A DNA stretch of 56,160 bases from a virus (taxonomy: Duplodnaviria; Caudoviricetes): positions 1-56,160 of IMG/VR virus record IMGVR_UViG_3300047550_001246. One strand, given 5' to 3'. Shown here piece by piece: positions 52,495 through 56,160 of the stretch. Positions within the stretch are counted from its first letter, which is position 1, and the number at the start of each line of letters is the position of its first letter. The notes under the pieces were generated by a model. It worked only from the letters and a program-made list of their open reading frames with translations, was not told the origin of the DNA and searched no databases. The position numbers were made by a program, and so were the translations under genes.

Positions 52495-55151
52495 TGGCTA
52501 ATGTACCTAGCAATCTTATTCCTGCGCGAATCAGCCAGCTACCAGAGGCTCCGGTTGCGGACCCGGCTGGCTATTTTCCAATTGTTATTTCTGGTACGAC
52601 CTATAAGGTTCAGTTTAGTCAGATCAATCAAAATCTGACGGTCCCACCGAGCAGAGCAATTAATGCGGGCACGGGGCTGACGGGGGGCGGAACGCTATCG
52701 CACGATATTACGATTGCGGTTGCAAACGGAGGTATTGGCGATTCGCAGCTTGATACGACTGGTGTAAGCGCGGGAACGTATGGTGATGGTGCAAATGTCC
52801 CTGTTGTCACGGTAAACACTAAAGGTCGTGTAACTTCATTGAGCACGACGCCGCTGGTTGTTAGCGGTTACGTTCCAGATTCGCGCCAAGTGATTGCGGG
52901 ATCAGGATTGACTGGAGGGGGTACTCTCGCAGCTGATCGCACGCTGGCCATCAATTTCTCAAGCGCGACCCCTCAACCCCTTGGCTCACCTACGGCGGGT
53001 ACTGGGACCAATGCAGCACGGGACGATCACGTTCACCCGGCAGTAGATCTTTCTGACGGCACTGAAACATCTGGCGTTTTGCCGATGGGTCGAGGTGGTA
53101 CTGGCGCAAACATGTCGCCGGTTGCTGGCGCGATTGTTTTTAGTAATGGATCAAATTTTGATTTGACGACGGTTGGCTCAACGGGGCAAGTGCTGTTGGC
53201 GGCGGGCGCGTCGGCTCCGGTTTGGGGCGATGCCGCATCGTTTACGGTAGATGCCGCAGATCGTTTGTTGGGTGGCGCGGCCAATCGGGTCGTGTATCAG
53301 GCTGGCACTAGCGACACTAGTTTTGTCGTTGCCCCGGCTTTAGCCGACACGTTTTTGAAGTGGAACGGTTCTTCATTTGAGTGGGGCGCGGTAGCTGGTG
53401 CGGGTACGGTCACAAGCGTTCAAGGATCGGGCGGTACGACTGGACTGACTGTAAGCGGTGGTCCAATTACCACAGTCGGTACGTTGACGCTGGGTGGTAC
53501 GCTTTCTATCAGCGCAGGCGGTACGGGACTTTCTGGCACGCCAACAAATGGTCAGTTGCTTATTGGCAATGGCAGCGGATATTCACTTGCAAGCCTGACG
53601 GCTGGAACGGCAATTAGCGTTACGAATGCCACTGGCTCCATCAGCATTGCCAATACTGCGCCGGATCAGACGATTACGCTGACCGATGGCACGGCGATTG
53701 ATGTTACTGGCACCTACCCAAGTTTCACAATTACTAATACCGCTCCTGACCAGACGGTTGTTATTTCTGCAAGCACGGCAATATCGGTTAGCGGTACTTA
53801 TCCAAGCTTTACGATTACTAATACCGCTCCGGACCAGACGGTCACGATTACTGCTGGCACAAACATTAGCACCAGCGGAACGTATCCGAGTTTTACGGTT
53901 TCGTCGCCCGATACGGTTGTTGGTCCTGCGGGTGCAACGAGCGGTGCGATTTCGTTGTTTGATGGCGGTACGGGTAAGCTGCTCAAGAACTCTGTCATCA
54001 CAATCAATGCCTCTGGCGTCATCAGTAACGTCAACACGCCAAATACTGGCACCGATGCTGCGAACAAGCAGTATGTGGATGACTTGGTTAGCACCGGAAT
54101 TCACATCCACACGCCAGTTGTTCTTGCAACTTCGCCGGGGTCTTCGCGTACCGATACCTATAACAATGGCACCGCAGGAGTTAGCGCCACGCTGACTTCC
54201 GTTGCTGCGGGCACACTGGTCATTGACGGTACGGTGGCTTCTGCAACGATTCGAGTCTTGATTCAGGACTGCTCTAATCCAATTGGTAACGGTGTTTACG
54301 TTGTAACCAATCCTGGTAGCGCGGTTGCTCAGTACATTATGACGCGCTCGTCGGACGCAGATACGTCAGGACAACAGTCTACACAGTCACTTGATGATGG
54401 AAGTTATTTCTTTACGACGGGTGGCACGAGCAATAAAGGTGCCGCTTGGGTTAACACCAATAGCGGAACCATCAGTTTTGGTTCTACAGCGATCACATTT
54501 GCTCAGTTCAGCAGCTCGCAGGTCTACTCGGCTGGTAACGGGTTAAGCCTAACGGCAACCACCTTTTCTTTAGAAACTCCGGTTACCGTGCTAAATGGCG
54601 GTACGGGCCAGTCATCGGCTCCGACCAATGGCCAGTTGCTGATTGGTAATGGGGCTGGATATAACCTCAGCACGCTGACTGCCGGTTCTAACCTCTCGGT
54701 CACGAACGCTACCGGGTCAATCACGCTCGCGGTTTTAAGCGATGTCTCGTTCAACAGCGCCTCGATTACCACCCTGTCAAGCGGGTCGCTGACGGCGACT
54801 AATCTGACGGCAACCAGCGGTACGGTCACCACGTTGGCTTCGACCTCGGCGGCGATTACCAATTTGTCGGTTACGAGCCTGACGGTATCAAGCCTTTCGC
54901 TTGCCAATGCGACCTTTACGTCCGCCACGATTACGACGCTGACTTCCACCTCGGCGGAGATTACGACCCTTTCGGGAACCACGCTGTCGTATGGCAGTTC
55001 GTCCATTACGAACCTGTCCTTGGGAAGCCTTGTGATCAGCTCGACGACGCTGGTTGCGAACCTGAATGCTGATTTGCTGGATGGGCAAACGGGAAGTTAT
55101 TATTTGGATCTGGCTAATGCCACAGGAACCCTGAGCGGGGGAGCATACTAA
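52494..55151 (+). CDS. Tail fibre / spike protein
   Basis: AG.GLTGGG.L, GGTG....PTNGQLLIGNG x2, NTAPDQT...GTYPSFT x3, DAANKQYVD and NG.YV motifs, LNADLLDG near the C-terminus. Confidence 0.85.
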   Translation: MANVPSNLIPARISQLPEAPVADPAGYFPIVISGTTYKVQFSQINQNLTVPPSRAINAGTGLTGGGTLSHDITIAVANGGIGDSQLDTTGVSAGTYGDGANVPVVTVNTKGRVTSLSTTPLVVSGYVPDSRQVIAGSGLTGGGTLAADRTLAINFSSATPQPLGSPTAGTGTNAARDDHVHPAVDLSDGTETSGVLPMGRGGTGANMSPVAGAIVFSNGSNFDLTTVGSTGQVLLAAGASAPVWGDAASFTVDAADRLLGGAANRVVYQAGTSDTSFVVAPALADTFLKWNGSSFEWGAVAGAGTVTSVQGSGGTTGLTVSGGPITTVGTLTLGGTLSISAGGTGLSGTPTNGQLLIGNGSGYSLASLTAGTAISVTNATGSISIANTAPDQTITLTDGTAIDVTGTYPSFTITNTAPDQTVVISASTAISVSGTYPSFTITNTAPDQTVTITAGTNISTSGTYPSFTVSSPDTVVGPAGATSGAISLFDGGTGKLLKNSVITINASGVISNVNTPNTGTDAANKQYVDDLVSTGIHIHTPVVLATSPGSSRTDTYNNGTAGVSATLTSVAAGTLVIDGTVASATIRVLIQDCSNPIGNGVYVVTNPGSAVAQYIMTRSSDADTSGQQSTQSLDDGSYFFTTGGTSNKGAAWVNTNSGTISFGSTAITFAQFSSSQVYSAGNGLSLTATTFSLETPVTVLNGGTGQSSAPTNGQLLIGNGAGYNLSTLTAGSNLSVTNATGSITLAVLSDVSFNSASITTLSSGSLTATNLTATSGTVTTLASTSAAITNLSVTSLTVSSLSLANATFTSATITTLTSTSAEITTLSGTTLSYGSSSITNLSLGSLVISSTTLVANLNADLLDGQTGSYYLDLANATGTLSGGAY

Positions 55152-56160
55152 TGCCTACTATTCTGACGAAAAAGAGTGACACTCCGGGCGCGATCCCGGC
55201 AACGGCTAATCTGACCAACGCGGCAGGCGGTGCGGAGCTGGCGGTTAATACCGCAGATAAGCGGCTCTTTACCATCAACTCCAGCAGCGCGGTGGTGGAG
55301 CTGGGTACAAACCCGGCCAGTCTGACCTGCGCAGACGTTTCGGCTACGGTGCTTCGTGCGGGCAGTGCGACGATCACAAATCTAATTGCTACAACGGCTA
55401 CGGTGTCGGATTTTTCGGCTACGGTTGCTCGTATCAGCAGCTTGACCATCAGCAGTCTTTCGCTCAGCAATGCTACGTTCGGATCGGCAACGATTACGAA
55501 TCTGACCTCTACCTCCGCCACGATTAGCAGTGCGCTGACTCTGACGGGCGGCACCGCCAACGGCGTGCTGTATCTGAACGGCAGCAAGGTGGCGACGAGT
55601 GGGAGTGCGCTGACGTTTGATGGGACAGCAGTTGGTATTGGTCAAGCATCTGGAACATCGTCTGGATTTTCCACGGCTCCTAATCTTTTGGTATATGGCG
55701 CAACTAACGCAAATATATTAGTTGCAGGAGATAGTTCTAACGTAGGGGTTACAAGCGCAAGATATACCAACACAACCGGAGGTGGAATTTTAAGAGTTGC
55801 AAAATATCGCGGTACTTATGCGTCGCCCTCTGCTGCACAAACGGGGGACTTGGCTGGTGATGTTCGTTTTGAAGTATGGGGCGGCTCAAATCTTCGGCGT
55901 GTCGCAACTATTGGCGGTACTGTTGAAACTTTTACAAGTGATACAGACATTAGCGGGTATCTCGCGTTTAACACGACTTCTTCTGGAACCACAACGCCAA
56001 CCGAAAAGATGCGGCTTACCGCCGCCGGCAACCTCGGCATCGGGACGAGTTCGCCGTCTGGGTTCCTTGCAAACAAACTTGTTATTGCAACTGGTGGCAC
56101 CGCAAACGAAGGGATGACGATCTACAGTTCGTCAAATAACGGATCAATATGGTTTGCTGA
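55151..56160 (+). CDS. Tail fibre protein, 3'-truncated
   Basis: Not in the ORF track. ATG overlaps the upstream TAA and the frame is open to the window end; ELAVNTADKRLF N-terminal anchor, GGTANGVLYLNGSK and EKMRLT..GNLGIGT.SP motifs. Confidence 0.85.
   Translation, partial: MPTILTKKSDTPGAIPATANLTNAAGGAELAVNTADKRLFTINSSSAVVELGTNPASLTCADVSATVLRAGSATITNLIATTATVSDFSATVARISSLTISSLSLSNATFGSATITNLTSTSATISSALTLTGGTANGVLYLNGSKVATSGSALTFDGTAVGIGQASGTSSGFSTAPNLLVYGATNANILVAGDSSNVGVTSARYTNTTGGGILRVAKYRGTYASPSAAQTGDLAGDVRFEVWGGSNLRRVATIGGTVETFTSDTDISGYLAFNTTSSGTTTPTEKMRLTAAGNLGIGTSSPSGFLANKLVIATGGTANEGMTIYSSSNNGSIWFA

Larger units (their letters stand above)
1..56160. mobile_element. Near-complete tailed phage (Caudoviricetes, podovirus-like) genome, probably lytic
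   Basis: Contains terS, terL, portal, scaffold, capsid, adaptor/nozzle, ejection proteins, fibres, endolysin/holins and primase-helicase. No bacterial housekeeping genes and no integrase. Confidence 0.95.

Overview
The window is an almost complete ~56 kb genome of a tailed dsDNA bacteriophage. It is podovirus-like: it has ejection proteins but no tape-measure, sheath or tube genes. No integrase, DNA polymerase, RNA polymerase, tRNA or CRISPR array was seen. Both ends fall inside tail-fibre coding sequence and do not join in frame. Layout: (+) tail-fibre C-terminus, lysis cassette, tail adaptor/nozzle, four large ejection-type proteins and a metallophosphoesterase (1-17.7 kb); (-) recombination/replication genes: SF2 helicase, PD-(D/E)xK nuclease, SSB, Sak4-like ATPase (17.7-22.4 kb); (+) double-HTH regulator, RusA and primase-helicase (22.5-25.5 kb); (-) early/accessory operon with three glycosyltransferases, two O-methyltransferase-like genes and a C5 DNA-methyltransferase-like gene (25.6-35.3 kb); an origin-like region with two DnaA boxes, terS and a self-contained GP88-like cassette (35.3-37.9 kb); (+) terL, portal, GroES, scaffold, capsid, basic internal proteins and tail fibres (37.9-56.2 kb). 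The strongest novelty candidates are: (1) four TonB-box-like motifs in a putative ejection protein; (2) a recurrent [YFKL][AKD]xGG linker that punctuates a modular basic protein and flanks an inserted domain; (3) a chained double-pseudoknot leader RNA downstream of the capsid gene; (4) a conserved early-gene leader AGGAACTAGCAC whose complement sits just before the early terminators; (5) the glycan-modification cluster. Family names come from motif recognition by eye and need HMM confirmation.
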